The position numbers and the translations under genes are program-made. A stretch of DNA of 64,000 bases from Candidatus Onthovivens sp. (GTDB taxonomy: Bacteria > Bacillota_I > Bacilli_A > RFN20 > CAG-826): assembly GCA_036746835.1 (NCBI GenBank), contig DAIODM010000003.1, forward strand, positions 1,033 to 65,032, read 5' to 3'. Under the pieces are notes generated by a model that saw nothing but the letters and a program-made list of their open reading frames with translations, searched no databases and was not told the origin of the DNA. Below are positions 8,665 to 19,306 of the stretch, one piece after another. How positions within the stretch are numbered: the stretch's first letter is position 1; each line of letters begins with the position of its first letter.

Positions 8665-10635
8665 GTGGGTGGATTACCTGCTATCGCAGTTGGTTTCTTT
8701 ACTAATTTATTAAATTCAATCACAAGTCCAATGAGCGTTTTCTATGCTTCTATCAGTATTATGATTGCTTTCTTTACTGGGGTTATTTCTAGCAAAGGAT
8801 TATTTAGAAAATTAAGTGGTTATCTTATTGAATACTTAATGCTCGTCTTCTGTGGAGGCTTTTTAGGGTCACTTTTAACTTGGGGTCTTTATGGAGAAAG
8901 TGTTGGATCTGGATTAAGTGGAAGTATGGCATTATTCTTCTATAAATATGGAATGAATGGTTTCTTTAGCCAACTTATGGCGGACGTTTTCTTAGATATG
9001 GTCGATAAACTTATTGTTATTTTTGGTTTATTTTTAGGAATTGCTTTTATTCCTGATAAAATTAAAAAATTCTTACCTTATGGCCATTTTTATTGCAAAG
9101 ATTATGTAGAAGTTAAAAAAGAAAAAGACGAAACCAAAAAACATATTCTTTCGTTAAAAGTTAAGACTGCAATTATATTTACAGTTGTTAATAGTGTTGC
9201 TGGAATTGCTTTAATGGTTTTAACTATTCCAATTTACGAACAAAATATTATTAATTATTATAGTGAACTTGTTAAAACTGAATCTCGTTATGTTGCTAAT
9301 GTTGTTAATGCAGATGATGTTCCAGAATATTTAGCATATGGAGACACTTATCCAGGATACAAAGAAACAAAAGCAAAGATTAAAGAGATTTACGATGATT
9401 CATCTTATATAAGATTTGCTTATGTATATAAGATAAATAATGATGATATTACGGTTATTTTTGATATTGATACCGATGATACTGAAGCTGGTAAACTTGG
9501 TGATAAGATTCCTTTTGATAAATCATTTAGTGCGTATTTACCTGATTTAAGAGCAGGAAAAGATATCGAAAAAACATTTATTACTGATGATACTTATGGT
9601 TATTTAATTACTTTCTATACTCCATGTGTTGATTCTAGTGGAATTACTCAATGCTATGGTTGTGTCGATATTGATGTTTCCTTAATTCATACTCAAATAA
9701 ATCAATATGGTGCTAAAGCTATTTCTATTATTCTTTCAGTTGCTTTCTTTGCGTTAGCGATTTCTTATTACTTTATTGAAACTCGTGTTCTTATTCCATC
9801 TGCAACAATTATTAATCAAGCGAAAGCTTATGATAAAGTTGGTGAAAAAGATTGGCTTGAAAGCGAAGAATATAAAGAAAGAACTATCGTAAATACTCAT
9901 GATGAAATGGCTGATCTTTATGATTATATTGATAAATCAGAGGAAGAAATTTCTCGAGATTTCAATCAAATAGAAGAAAAGACAGCGGCTTTAATTGTAA
10001 TGGAAAAGAATGTTGTTTTAGCTCTTGCTAACGTAGTTGAAGCTCGTGATGCAAATACTGGTGACCATATTGCTCGTACTTCTTTATATGTTAAAGTTAT
10101 TGCTGAAGAACTTCTTCGTGAAGGAAAATATAAAGATATATTAACAAAAGACTATGTTGAAAAACTTGTTAGTGCAGCTCCATTACATGATATTGGTAAG
10201 ATTGTAATTTCAGATTTAGTCTTAAATAAACCAGGAAAATTAGATAAAGATGAATTTGAAAAGATGAAGAAACATACGGTTGAAGGCGCTGCTATTATTG
10301 ATATGGCTCTTAAAGGAGTTAACGAACATAGTTATCTTGATATTGCTCGTGATTTAGCCGCTTTCCACCATGAATGGTATAACGGAAATGGTTATATGAG
10401 GGGATTAAAGGGTGAAGAAATTCCATTATGTGCTCGTATAATGGCTATAGCGGATGTATTTGACGCTTTAATTTCTAAACGTAGTTATAAAGAGCCTTTT
10501 AGTTATGAAAAATCTATTTCAATTATTAAAGAAGAAAGTGGAACTCATTTTGATCCAAAGATTGTAGAAGTTTTCTTAAGCCCAGAATGCCAAAATATTA
10601 TTAAAGAAAGATTAGGGATTAAAGACAATAAATAG
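8665..10635 (+). CDS. Membrane-anchored HD-GYP-type phosphohydrolase (putative c-di-GMP phosphodiesterase); 5' end uncertain
   Basis: Multi-TM N-terminal domain. HD domain with PLHDIGK and HHEWYNGNGYM (a variant of the HHExxDGxGYP motif). The ORF is open upstream to 8554 without a canonical start (see finding). Confidence 0.8.
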   Translation: MGGLPAIAVGFFTNLLNSITSPMSVFYASISIMIAFFTGVISSKGLFRKLSGYLIEYLMLVFCGGFLGSLLTWGLYGESVGSGLSGSMALFFYKYGMNGFFSQLMADVFLDMVDKLIVIFGLFLGIAFIPDKIKKFLPYGHFYCKDYVEVKKEKDETKKHILSLKVKTAIIFTVVNSVAGIALMVLTIPIYEQNIINYYSELVKTESRYVANVVNADDVPEYLAYGDTYPGYKETKAKIKEIYDDSSYIRFAYVYKINNDDITVIFDIDTDDTEAGKLGDKIPFDKSFSAYLPDLRAGKDIEKTFITDDTYGYLITFYTPCVDSSGITQCYGCVDIDVSLIHTQINQYGAKAISIILSVAFFALAISYYFIETRVLIPSATIINQAKAYDKVGEKDWLESEEYKERTIVNTHDEMADLYDYIDKSEEEISRDFNQIEEKTAALIVMEKNVVLALANVVEARDANTGDHIARTSLYVKVIAEELLREGKYKDILTKDYVEKLVSAAPLHDIGKIVISDLVLNKPGKLDKDEFEKMKKHTVEGAAIIDMALKGVNEHSYLDIARDLAAFHHEWYNGNGYMRGLKGEEIPLCARIMAIADVFDALISKRSYKEPFSYEKSISIIKEESGTHFDPKIVEVFLSPECQNIIKERLGIKDNK

Positions 10636-10679
10636 TTAAGATTCTTTATTTATCTTTGGTTTAATTGTAAAATATCTCC

Positions 10680-11234
10680 ATGAAATTAATTGTTGGTTTA
10701 GGTAATCCTGGAAAAGAATATGAAAAAACCCGTCACAATATGGGTTTTGAGACTGTTGATAAATTCGCAGATTCTTTAGGCATTAGTATTGATAAAGAAG
10801 ATTTTAAAGGATTATATATAAGAACTAAATATTTAGATAATGATTTAATTTTACTTAAACCTTTAACTTTTATGAATTTAAGTGGAGAAAGTGTTATTGC
10901 TGTTGCTAAATACTTTAAAATTGAACCAAAAGATATTTATGTAATTTATGATGAAATGGATTTTGATCCAGGCGTTATGAAAATTAAACTTGATGGAAGT
11001 AGTGCTGGTCATAATGGAATTAAATCTATTATTCAAAATTTAGGAACTGATAAATTTATTCATGTTCGAATCGGTACTGGAAAACCTACCTTTAATGCCG
11101 TAGATTATGTGCTTGGTAAACCATCAAAAGAAGATCGAGCATTAATTAATGAAGCTCAAGATCGTGCAGTTGAAGCGATTAAGTGCTCATTAAAAGAAAC
11201 GATTGGTAAAGCGATGTCGCTTTATAATAAATGA
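10680..11234 (+). CDS. pth: Peptidyl-tRNA hydrolase
   Basis: MKLIVGLGNPGKEYEKTRHNMGF and the GHNG motif. Conserved pth-mfd synteny. Confidence 0.95.
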   Translation: MKLIVGLGNPGKEYEKTRHNMGFETVDKFADSLGISIDKEDFKGLYIRTKYLDNDLILLKPLTFMNLSGESVIAVAKYFKIEPKDIYVIYDEMDFDPGVMKIKLDGSSAGHNGIKSIIQNLGTDKFIHVRIGTGKPTFNAVDYVLGKPSKEDRALINEAQDRAVEAIKCSLKETIGKAMSLYNK

Positions 11235-11248
11235 GGAAGTGATTATAT

Positions 11249-14200
11249 TTGATTGATTTAAAGAGTCTTGCTGTCAATGAATTTGTTACACCCCCTACTA
11301 AAAATAAAGTAGGGTATTTTGTCGTTGATCCATTTATTGGCACAACCTTTTTAACTCTTAAATTATATGAAGAATCTGGTGAAAACATTTTAATTTATTG
11401 TTCATCAAACTTTGAAGTTAATGAGACATATAATAGTTTATCTACTTTTATTCCAAAAGATAACCTTATTACTTTGCCTAGCGAAGAGCTTCTTCGAGTC
11501 GAATATTTAAGTGAATCAAAAGATTTATTAGCACAGCAAATTTATGGTTTATATAGTATTTTAAATGCTAAACATAAAGTAATTATTTTGTCTCCTGCCT
11601 CTTTATATAAATATTATCCTAGCAAAGAAACTTTTTTAGGTAGTTCATTAACTTTAGAAGTTGGAAAAGAATATAAATTTGATGATATAAAAAGAAAGTT
11701 AGCAGAAGCTTGTTATACGAAGGTTTCTAAAATTGATCAATCCTTAGAATACGCCATTAGAGGCGATATTATTGATGTTTTTAGTCTTAATTATGAAAAT
11801 CCAATTCGTATTGAATTTTTTGATGATGAAGTGGAATCGATTCGTGAATTCAATATCGCAACTCAAACATCTTTTAAAGAATTAAATAAAATAGATATCC
11901 TTCCAGCAAGTTTAAATTTATTAACTGAAGAAGAGAAATCAAAAGCAAAAGAAAAAATGCTTAAACGTTTAGAAGAAGATAAGGCGTTTTTAACTTCAGT
12001 TGCTTATAACGAATTAGTAAATCAAACGAACCAAGATATTGATGATCTTTTAAATAATAATTTATCTAGTAAATTTTATAAATATGTTGGATTTTTACAA
12101 AAAGAACACACAAGTATCCTTGAATTTATAAAAGATTATAAAATTATTGTTAATAATGAAGATGAATTCTTTAAGGCTCGTGATTTCCTTTTTGAAGAAG
12201 CTAATAGTTTTCTTTTTGACTTAAATAAGAATGGAAAAAGTATTAGTGGACTTTCTTATTTTAATAATAATATTAATGTTTTTAATGACAGTACTTTTGA
12301 ATATTTCTTAAATAATTTTTATCTTCACGATGGAAGTATAAATGTTAGTTTAACGACAAACTCCCTATATAGTACGAGGGATATTGACTTAACTCGACTA
12401 ATTGAAGTCTATAAAAATAGTGGATATAAAATATTAGCGTTAGTTGAAAATAAAGAACAAATTGAAAAAATCGAAAATACCATTAAGTTACTAAATTTAA
12501 CGTATTCTCTTAGTGATGGATTTATGCTTGATGAAAAGCGAGATATAAGTTTATCAATTAATTCATTTCCACATGGATTTGAATATAAAAATGAAAAATA
12601 TGTTGTTTTAACAAGCAAAGAACTATTTGGTTTTAGACGAAATGCCTCAACATATAGTTCAAAATTCCGTGAAGGAATTATTCTTGAAAGTTACCAAGAT
12701 CTTGAACCTGGTGATTATGTTGTTCATGAAAAAAGTGGTATTGGTAAATTTGTTAAAATTTCAACTTTAGAAATTGATGGAAAGCATGAAGATTATCTTC
12801 AAATTCAATATGATGGTGGAGATGTTTTATATGTTCCACTTTATCAATTTAACATGGTTAGAAAGTATGTTGGCAAAGATGGTTATGCCCCTAAACTTAA
12901 TCGACTTTATACTACTAAATGGGAAAATACTAAGAAAAAGATTAAAGAAAGAATCAATGATTTAGCAGAAAGATTGATGACTCTTTATAGTGAAAGAGCG
13001 CAAATAAAAGGATACGAATTCAAGCCTGAAAAAGAGCTTGAAGATGCTTTTGCTCGTGAATTTGATTATGAATTAACGAAAGATCAACAATCTAGTTTAA
13101 ATGATATATATAAGGATATGGAATCGACTCATCCAATGGATCGATTACTTTGTGGTGATGTTGGATTTGGTAAAACGGAAGTTGCTTTTAGGGCAGCATT
13201 TAGAGCGATTTTAAACGAAAAGATGGTAATTTTATTATGTCCAACAACCTTACTTGCTCGTCAACATTACGAAGTTGCTTTAAAGCGTTTTAATAAATTC
13301 GATGTGCGAATTGCTCTTTATTCAAGGATGCAATCCCCTCAAGAAGCAAAAGCAATTGAGGAACAGGTAAAAGCGGGAAAAATTCATCTTTTAATTGGCA
13401 CGCACAAAGCTCTTAGTAAGAAATTAGATACTAGCAATCTAGGTTTATTAATAGTTGATGAAGAGCAACGTTTTGGCGTTGAACAAAAAGAAAGAATTAA
13501 AGAAAGAAGCAAGGGAATTGATGTTTTAACCCTTAGTGCAACGCCTATTCCAAGAACACTTCAATCGTCTCTTGTTGGTTTAAAACAAGTTTCCACAATC
13601 GAAACTGCACCAAAGGAAAGAGTTGCGATTCAAACTTACGTTATTCCATATGATCAAAATGTTGTTCGTGAACTTATTAAACGTGAACTTTCGCGACATG
13701 GACAAATTTTCTATGTTCATAATGAGATTGCAACGATTTATTCAGTTTACGATAAATTACAGGCTTTAGTTCCAGAATGTAAAATTGGTATTGTTCATGG
13801 AAGAATGGATAAAGAAGAAACAAATGCAGTTATGCAGGACTTTTATGATGGGAAAATTGATTTATTGTTAGCTACTTCTATTATTGAAAATGGAATCGAT
13901 GTTGAAAACGCTAATTTAATGTTAATTGAAAATGCGAATGCTTTTGGTCTTGCACAACTTTATCAAATTAAAGGAAGAGTTGGTAGAGGAGATAGAATGG
14001 CTTTTGCATATTTAATGATTAATAAAAATAAAGAAATTGATGAAGCAGGTCAAAAGCGATTAGAGGCAATTCAAGATTTAACTGCTCTTGGTAGTGGATA
14101 TAAAATTGCTCAACGTGACCTTTTAATTAGGGGTGCTGGGGACATATTAGGTCCTGAACAAGCGGGATTTATCGATGCAGTTGGTATTGATATGTATATT

Positions 14201-14740
14201 AAATTGCTTAATGAAACTATTGAAGAAAAGAAAACTGGAATTCAAAAAGCTCAATCAATTAAGATACATAAAGAACTTGGAATCGATGCATATATTCCAA
14301 GTTTATATATTCCTAACGAAGAAAAAGTTGAGGTTTATCAAAAGATTTTAGCGACTAAATCTTTTGAAGAAGTTGATAGTGCAATGGCTTCAATTCGTGA
14401 TATTTATGGTCCAATTCCACCTAATATGGATTTACTCTTTAAAAAAAGAAGAATGGATTTATACTTAGAAAAAGAGGATTTTAAAGATTTAGTTGAATAT
14501 GAAGATCATGTTGTTTTAATTTTATCTACCAAGTTTAGTGATTTAGAAGGAATAGGTACTTCTTTATTTACTGCTTTAATTCCTTATTTAAAGAAGATAA
14601 AGATGTCATTTATGAATAAAGAAGTGAATGTTAATATTAGAAAAGAAGAAAATTGGGTTGATTTATTACTTAAAGTCGGTGAAATAGTAGATAATCTATA
14701 TATAGAAACTTTAAAGGCGCAAAAAATAAATGAGAATTGA
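11249..14740 (+). CDS. mfd: Transcription-repair coupling factor
   Basis: 1163 aa. CarD/TRCF RNAP-interacting region (GDYVVHEKSGIGKF), SF2 helicase motifs (GDVGFGKTEVA, DEEQRFG), TRG motif region. Confidence 0.95.
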   Translation: MIDLKSLAVNEFVTPPTKNKVGYFVVDPFIGTTFLTLKLYEESGENILIYCSSNFEVNETYNSLSTFIPKDNLITLPSEELLRVEYLSESKDLLAQQIYGLYSILNAKHKVIILSPASLYKYYPSKETFLGSSLTLEVGKEYKFDDIKRKLAEACYTKVSKIDQSLEYAIRGDIIDVFSLNYENPIRIEFFDDEVESIREFNIATQTSFKELNKIDILPASLNLLTEEEKSKAKEKMLKRLEEDKAFLTSVAYNELVNQTNQDIDDLLNNNLSSKFYKYVGFLQKEHTSILEFIKDYKIIVNNEDEFFKARDFLFEEANSFLFDLNKNGKSISGLSYFNNNINVFNDSTFEYFLNNFYLHDGSINVSLTTNSLYSTRDIDLTRLIEVYKNSGYKILALVENKEQIEKIENTIKLLNLTYSLSDGFMLDEKRDISLSINSFPHGFEYKNEKYVVLTSKELFGFRRNASTYSSKFREGIILESYQDLEPGDYVVHEKSGIGKFVKISTLEIDGKHEDYLQIQYDGGDVLYVPLYQFNMVRKYVGKDGYAPKLNRLYTTKWENTKKKIKERINDLAERLMTLYSERAQIKGYEFKPEKELEDAFAREFDYELTKDQQSSLNDIYKDMESTHPMDRLLCGDVGFGKTEVAFRAAFRAILNEKMVILLCPTTLLARQHYEVALKRFNKFDVRIALYSRMQSPQEAKAIEEQVKAGKIHLLIGTHKALSKKLDTSNLGLLIVDEEQRFGVEQKERIKERSKGIDVLTLSATPIPRTLQSSLVGLKQVSTIETAPKERVAIQTYVIPYDQNVVRELIKRELSRHGQIFYVHNEIATIYSVYDKLQALVPECKIGIVHGRMDKEETNAVMQDFYDGKIDLLLATSIIENGIDVENANLMLIENANAFGLAQLYQIKGRVGRGDRMAFAYLMINKNKEIDEAGQKRLEAIQDLTALGSGYKIAQRDLLIRGAGDILGPEQAGFIDAVGIDMYIKLLNETIEEKKTGIQKAQSIKIHKELGIDAYIPSLYIPNEEKVEVYQKILATKSFEEVDSAMASIRDIYGPIPPNMDLLFKKRRMDLYLEKEDFKDLVEYEDHVVLILSTKFSDLEGIGTSLFTALIPYLKKIKMSFMNKEVNVNIRKEENWVDLLLKVGEIVDNLYIETLKAQKINEN

Positions 14741-15014
14741 TAAATATTTAAAATTAACAAGATTAATTAAAAGAAGAACAATAGCAAAAGAACTCTTAGA
14801 AAGAGGAATCTTTTTAGTGAATGGAAAAGTTGCTAAACCAAGTACCGAGATTAAGTCAGGTGACATAATTATATTGCCACTTGGAAAACACAAATTAACA
14901 GTTGAGGTTTTAAATTGTGTTGATTACGTGAAGAAAAGTGACGCAACAGAACTTTATAAAATTTTGAAAGATGAAATTATTCCTAATGATGAAATTAAAT
15001 CTATCGAAGAATAA
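14730..15014 (+). CDS. S4-domain RNA-binding protein (YabO/RqcP/Hsp15-like)
   Basis: MRIDKYLKLTRLIKRRTIAKELLERGIFLVNGKVAKPS is an S4 alpha-L motif. 94 aa. Sits between mfd and tilS as in Bacillus. Confidence 0.8.
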   Translation: MRIDKYLKLTRLIKRRTIAKELLERGIFLVNGKVAKPSTEIKSGDIIILPLGKHKLTVEVLNCVDYVKKSDATELYKILKDEIIPNDEIKSIEE

Positions 15015-16191
15015 TAAATATATTTTAACTTGTTCATTTGGACCTGATTCCATGTGTCTTTTTGATCTATTAATTAAGGGTCACTATGATTTTATGGTGG
15101 CTCATGTTAATTATCATTTGCGCAAAGAAGAACCAGGCGAAGTAAAAATTTTAAAAAAACTTTGCAAAGAAAACAAAATTCCTATCGATATACTTAATGT
15201 CAGGATGCCAAAAGGCGTGAATGAAGAAGGGTGGGCTAGGGATGTTAGGTATAAGTATTTTAGTGATGTCGCCAAAAAATATAAAATTCAAAATGTTTTA
15301 GTTGCTCATAATGAAGACGATCTTCTAGAAACCTATCTTTTACAAAAAAGAAGGGGAAATATAGTATCTTTTTATGGATTAAAGGAATCTTATTTCTATC
15401 AAAATGCAAAAATTATTCGTCCTTTTTTGAAGATTCCAAAAGCTGAATTAAGAAACTATTGTGACCAAAACAAAGTTCCTTATGGACTTGATTTATCTAA
15501 TTTTGATACGCATTACGCACGTAATAAAATTCGCAAAGAAATCGTTAAAGATATGCCTCGAAATGAGCGAGATGCTATGTTAAAAGAAATTAACGAAAAA
15601 AACGAAGCTCAAAAAGAAAGAACAATTAAATTAACACCTTTTATTATTAATGGTGAGATTTTAATAGATGATGCTAAAAGTTTAAATGAAGATGATTTTT
15701 ATTTCTTACTTATTTTATATTTTGATTCACTAAGATATTTTTATCCTTTATCAAGAAAATTCAGTAATGAAATCTGTAAAATTATTAAAACGAAAACTAC
15801 TTGGCACAAAAAATTTGATGAGGAGACTATTTTGTCCTTCGACTATGGTGTTTTAAAGTTATACCGCTTAAAATATATGAGTTATTCTTTTAAATCTTCG
15901 TCTAAATTAATTAAGATTAATAAGAAATCAAAGCTCTATAATTTAGTTAAAGATAAAGAAATTATTATTAAAAATGGTTTAAAAAGTAATGAAATTTATC
16001 ATTTTAATAACATTTCCAAGAAGGTTGGAAGATGCTTTATTGATTGGAAGGTTCCTTATGTTTATCGACTACTTTGGCCTGCAATATACGATAACGATGG
16101 CAATATTTTATATATACCACATTATCAAAAAGTAATAAATTTGACAAAAGACTCACTTCTAATATTTAATTTAAAAGACTTTTTAAAATAA
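14971..16191 (+). CDS. tilS: tRNA(Ile)-lysidine synthetase
   Basis: PP-loop variant SFGPDS, VAHVNYHLR, and the HNEDDLLET motif. The true start may be an internal ATG about 15-20 nt downstream (MMKLNL). Confidence 0.85.
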   Translation: MKLFLMMKLNLSKNNKYILTCSFGPDSMCLFDLLIKGHYDFMVAHVNYHLRKEEPGEVKILKKLCKENKIPIDILNVRMPKGVNEEGWARDVRYKYFSDVAKKYKIQNVLVAHNEDDLLETYLLQKRRGNIVSFYGLKESYFYQNAKIIRPFLKIPKAELRNYCDQNKVPYGLDLSNFDTHYARNKIRKEIVKDMPRNERDAMLKEINEKNEAQKERTIKLTPFIINGEILIDDAKSLNEDDFYFLLILYFDSLRYFYPLSRKFSNEICKIIKTKTTWHKKFDEETILSFDYGVLKLYRLKYMSYSFKSSSKLIKINKKSKLYNLVKDKEIIIKNGLKSNEIYHFNNISKKVGRCFIDWKVPYVYRLLWPAIYDNDGNILYIPHYQKVINLTKDSLLIFNLKDFLK

Positions 16192-16258
16192 TATGTATTT
16201 TTCTTTATAAAAAGAATTAACTATTATAAAATGTATTTACTTGTAAAGGAGATTAAAG

Positions 16259-18307
16259 ATGGATAAGAAAAGATCTGGTTGGATTACATTCTTAATGTAT
16301 CTTGCAATCGGCATATTTAGTGCGATTATCATATATAGTATTGTTACAAACTTCACTAATAAATATTCAAGTATCAATAGTGGTAGTCTTGTTCAACTCG
16401 CTTATGATGATACAGATAAATTAACCGTTACTGATGCAGAAATCATTAAAAATGGTGATAGTACAACTGTAAACTTAGGAGTTAAAAATAGTGAATCCGG
16501 TAGTACAAATTACTACACAGTCACTTGTGATGCTTCTCTTGTTTATGATGTTCATAGTTTTGATGGATTAAATACTAAAGGTGTTTCAGTTTATGATGCC
16601 TTATTTAATCAAGTTAAAACTAACAATGCTTCATATAGTGGACATTGGAACAGTTATATTTATACTGAAAATGTTTTCTTAACTTGGCTTCCAACAATTA
16701 TTTCTACTTTAATTACTGTTGGTATTGCAATCTTCTTCTTTAGATTCCTTATGGAGTCAGCTGGTGGAAATAAACAAGCCCTCGATTTCAATAAATCCAG
16801 AGCACGCCGTGTTGATAATAGTAAGGTTAGATTTAAAGATGTAGCTGGTTGTGATGAAGAAAAAGCTGAAATGATTGAAATTGTTGATTACTTAAAAGAT
16901 CCAAAGAAATACACCAAATGTGGTGCTAAATTACCAAAAGGTGTTTTACTTGTTGGCCCACCAGGAACTGGTAAGACTTTACTTGCTAAAGCTGTTGCTG
17001 GAGAAGCTGGTGTTCCATTCTATTCAATTAGTGGTAGTGATTTCGTCGAAATGTTCGTTGGTGTTGGTGCAGGACGTGTTCGTGATTTATTTAAAACCGC
17101 AAAACAAAATGCTCCATGCTTAATTTTCATTGATGAAATTGATGCTGTTGGTCGTCAAAGAGGTGCTGGTTTAGGTGGTGGTAACGATGAACGTGAACAA
17201 ACCCTTAACCAATTACTTGTTGAACTTGATGGTTTCGAAGAGAATAGCGGCATTATTGTTATTGCTGCTACTAACCGTGACGATGTTCTTGATCCAGCTT
17301 TACTTCGTGCTGGTAGATTTGATCGTAAATTTACTGTTAATTTACCAAACCGTGAAGGACGTGAAGCTATTTTCAAAGTCCATGCTGCAAATAAGAAGAT
17401 TGATCCAAGCATCGACTTTAATGCTTTAGCTAAACGAACTGTCGGATTTAGTGGTGCTGATATTGCAAACATTTTAAATGAAGCTGCAATCTTAGCTGTT
17501 AGAGGAAAACGTGAAGAAGTCACTATGGCTGATATTGATGAAGCAATTGATCGACGTATTGCTGGTCCTGCTAAATCAACTAAAGGTCTTAATGAATTTG
17601 AACGTAAAGAAGTTGCTTATCACGAAGCAGGACACGCAATTATTGGTCTTACTTTACCTCATAGTGATAAGGTTCGTAAAATTACAATTATTCCACGTGG
17701 TAACACTGGTGGACATGTCTTAATGGGTCCAGAAGATGATAGATTCTTACTTAGCCGTAATGAACTTATCGCTGAAATTACTGGCTTACTTGGTGGAAGA
17801 ACTAGCGAAGAAGTTTTCTTTAAAGATGTTACTACTGGTGCTAGTAACGATATTGAAAGAGCAACTGAAATTGCTCGATCAATGGTTGTTGAATATGGTA
17901 TGTCTGATTTAGGTCCTATCCAATATGAAAAGAATAGTGGTAGTGTTTTCTTAGGTCGTGATTATACTAATTCTCAACGTAACTTTAGTAACGCTGTTGC
18001 TGAAGAGGTTGATAAAGCTATTCGTGAAATTATTGAAGAAGCTCATAAAAAAGCCACTGAAATTATTACTGAACGTAAGGATGATGTGGTTTTAATTGCT
18101 GAAACTCTTCTCGAAAATGAAACCATTAACGAAGAAGAAATCGACTATTTACTCAAGAATCGTAAGATGCCTGATGAAACAGTTAAGCAAAAAGAAGCTG
18201 CTCACAATAGTATTATCGACGAACAAGCTAAAAAAGAAGCTGCTGAAGCTGAAACTAATAAAAAGACTAGCGATACAAAAGTAGACGAAACTAAAAAGGA
18301 AGACTAA
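16259..18307 (+). CDS. ftsH: ATP-dependent zinc metalloprotease FtsH
   Basis: AAA+ Walker A GPPGTGKT, Walker B IIFIDEID, zinc site HEAGHA. Extended extracytoplasmic loop. Confidence 0.97.
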   Translation: MDKKRSGWITFLMYLAIGIFSAIIIYSIVTNFTNKYSSINSGSLVQLAYDDTDKLTVTDAEIIKNGDSTTVNLGVKNSESGSTNYYTVTCDASLVYDVHSFDGLNTKGVSVYDALFNQVKTNNASYSGHWNSYIYTENVFLTWLPTIISTLITVGIAIFFFRFLMESAGGNKQALDFNKSRARRVDNSKVRFKDVAGCDEEKAEMIEIVDYLKDPKKYTKCGAKLPKGVLLVGPPGTGKTLLAKAVAGEAGVPFYSISGSDFVEMFVGVGAGRVRDLFKTAKQNAPCLIFIDEIDAVGRQRGAGLGGGNDEREQTLNQLLVELDGFEENSGIIVIAATNRDDVLDPALLRAGRFDRKFTVNLPNREGREAIFKVHAANKKIDPSIDFNALAKRTVGFSGADIANILNEAAILAVRGKREEVTMADIDEAIDRRIAGPAKSTKGLNEFERKEVAYHEAGHAIIGLTLPHSDKVRKITIIPRGNTGGHVLMGPEDDRFLLSRNELIAEITGLLGGRTSEEVFFKDVTTGASNDIERATEIARSMVVEYGMSDLGPIQYEKNSGSVFLGRDYTNSQRNFSNAVAEEVDKAIREIIEEAHKKATEIITERKDDVVLIAETLLENETINEEEIDYLLKNRKMPDETVKQKEAAHNSIIDEQAKKEAAEAETNKKTSDTKVDETKKED

Positions 18308-18316
18308 TTAAGCTTT

Positions 18317-19306
18317 ATGTCTTTTAAGATTGGTGATGTTGAAATTAAAGGAAAAGTTATTCTCGCCCCAATGGCGGGAATAACTTCTTTTAGTTATAGA
18401 AAATTTATGATGCCTTTTGGTGTAGCCCTTAGTTACACCGAAATGATAAGTGATTGTGCATTAATTTATGGAAATCACGAAACTTATAAATTACTCGATA
18501 GCGATGGTTGCGATCGACCATTAGCGGTCCAACTTTTTGGTGGATCTAAAGAAACTTTATTAAAAGGATTAGATCTATTAAATAAGTCAGGTTGTAAATA
18601 TGACATACTTGACCTTAATTTAGGTTGCCCTGTTCCTAAAGTAACAAGAAGTAATGGGGGAAGTAGTTGGTTAATTGACCAAACAAAACTTTTTGATATG
18701 GTTAGTGCTGTTGTAAAAGCATCCACTAAGCCAGTAAGTTGCAAAATTCGTTTAGGTTTTAACACTGTTAATGTTAACGAAACAGTTGTCACTTTAGAAA
18801 AAGCAGGTGTTAAATTTATTGCGATTCATGCCCGTACCAAAAAAGAACTTTATATGGGTGAACCTCACTACGATATGCTTAAAGATATTCATAATTTAAT
18901 TCATATTCCATTTGCAATTAGTGGCAATATTTATACAGTTGAAGATGCTTTGAAAGCTCTTGAAATCACCAAGGCTGATGCAGTTATGGTTGCAAGAGGG
19001 GCGGAAGGAAATCCAGAATTAATATCTAATTTAAATAAAGCTTTTAATGGCGAAAAGTATGATGAAAATAAAGATTTTTTACGCCAAGCAAACTACGCTT
19101 TAACTTATGTTAATTATATGATGGATGAATTTGAAGAAATTGTTGCAGTTAGGATGTTAAGAGGCATATTACCACACTTTTTTGATGGAATTAGTGGAAC
19201 TAAACCAATGAAAAACGAACTCTGTACTCTTACAAATTCAAAAGATGATATAGTTAAAATTATTAATAAATATATTGATGAATATAATAAAACTAAAGTC
19301 GTTTAA
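18317..19306 (+). CDS. dus: tRNA-dihydrouridine synthase
   Basis: ILAPMAGITSFSYR, DLNLGCP and the IHARTK motif of the Dus family. Confidence 0.9.
   Translation: MSFKIGDVEIKGKVILAPMAGITSFSYRKFMMPFGVALSYTEMISDCALIYGNHETYKLLDSDGCDRPLAVQLFGGSKETLLKGLDLLNKSGCKYDILDLNLGCPVPKVTRSNGGSSWLIDQTKLFDMVSAVVKASTKPVSCKIRLGFNTVNVNETVVTLEKAGVKFIAIHARTKKELYMGEPHYDMLKDIHNLIHIPFAISGNIYTVEDALKALEITKADAVMVARGAEGNPELISNLNKAFNGEKYDENKDFLRQANYALTYVNYMMDEFEEIVAVRMLRGILPHFFDGISGTKPMKNELCTLTNSKDDIVKIINKYIDEYNKTKVV

Noticed and set aside
8322-8723. 133-aa minus-strand ORF spanning the tetR 5' end, the promoter region and the HD-GYP 5' end
   Set aside because: It crosses a consensus promoter and two better-supported genes. 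Its composition is implausible and it has no SD.
16920-18284. Several 60-120 aa ORFs inside or antisense to ftsH (16920-17123, 17155-17523, 17175-17429, 17511-17723, 18096-18284)
   Set aside because: They lie entirely within a strongly supported conserved CDS. They have biased Leu/Lys or Ser/Pro composition typical of off-frame translation, and no SD.
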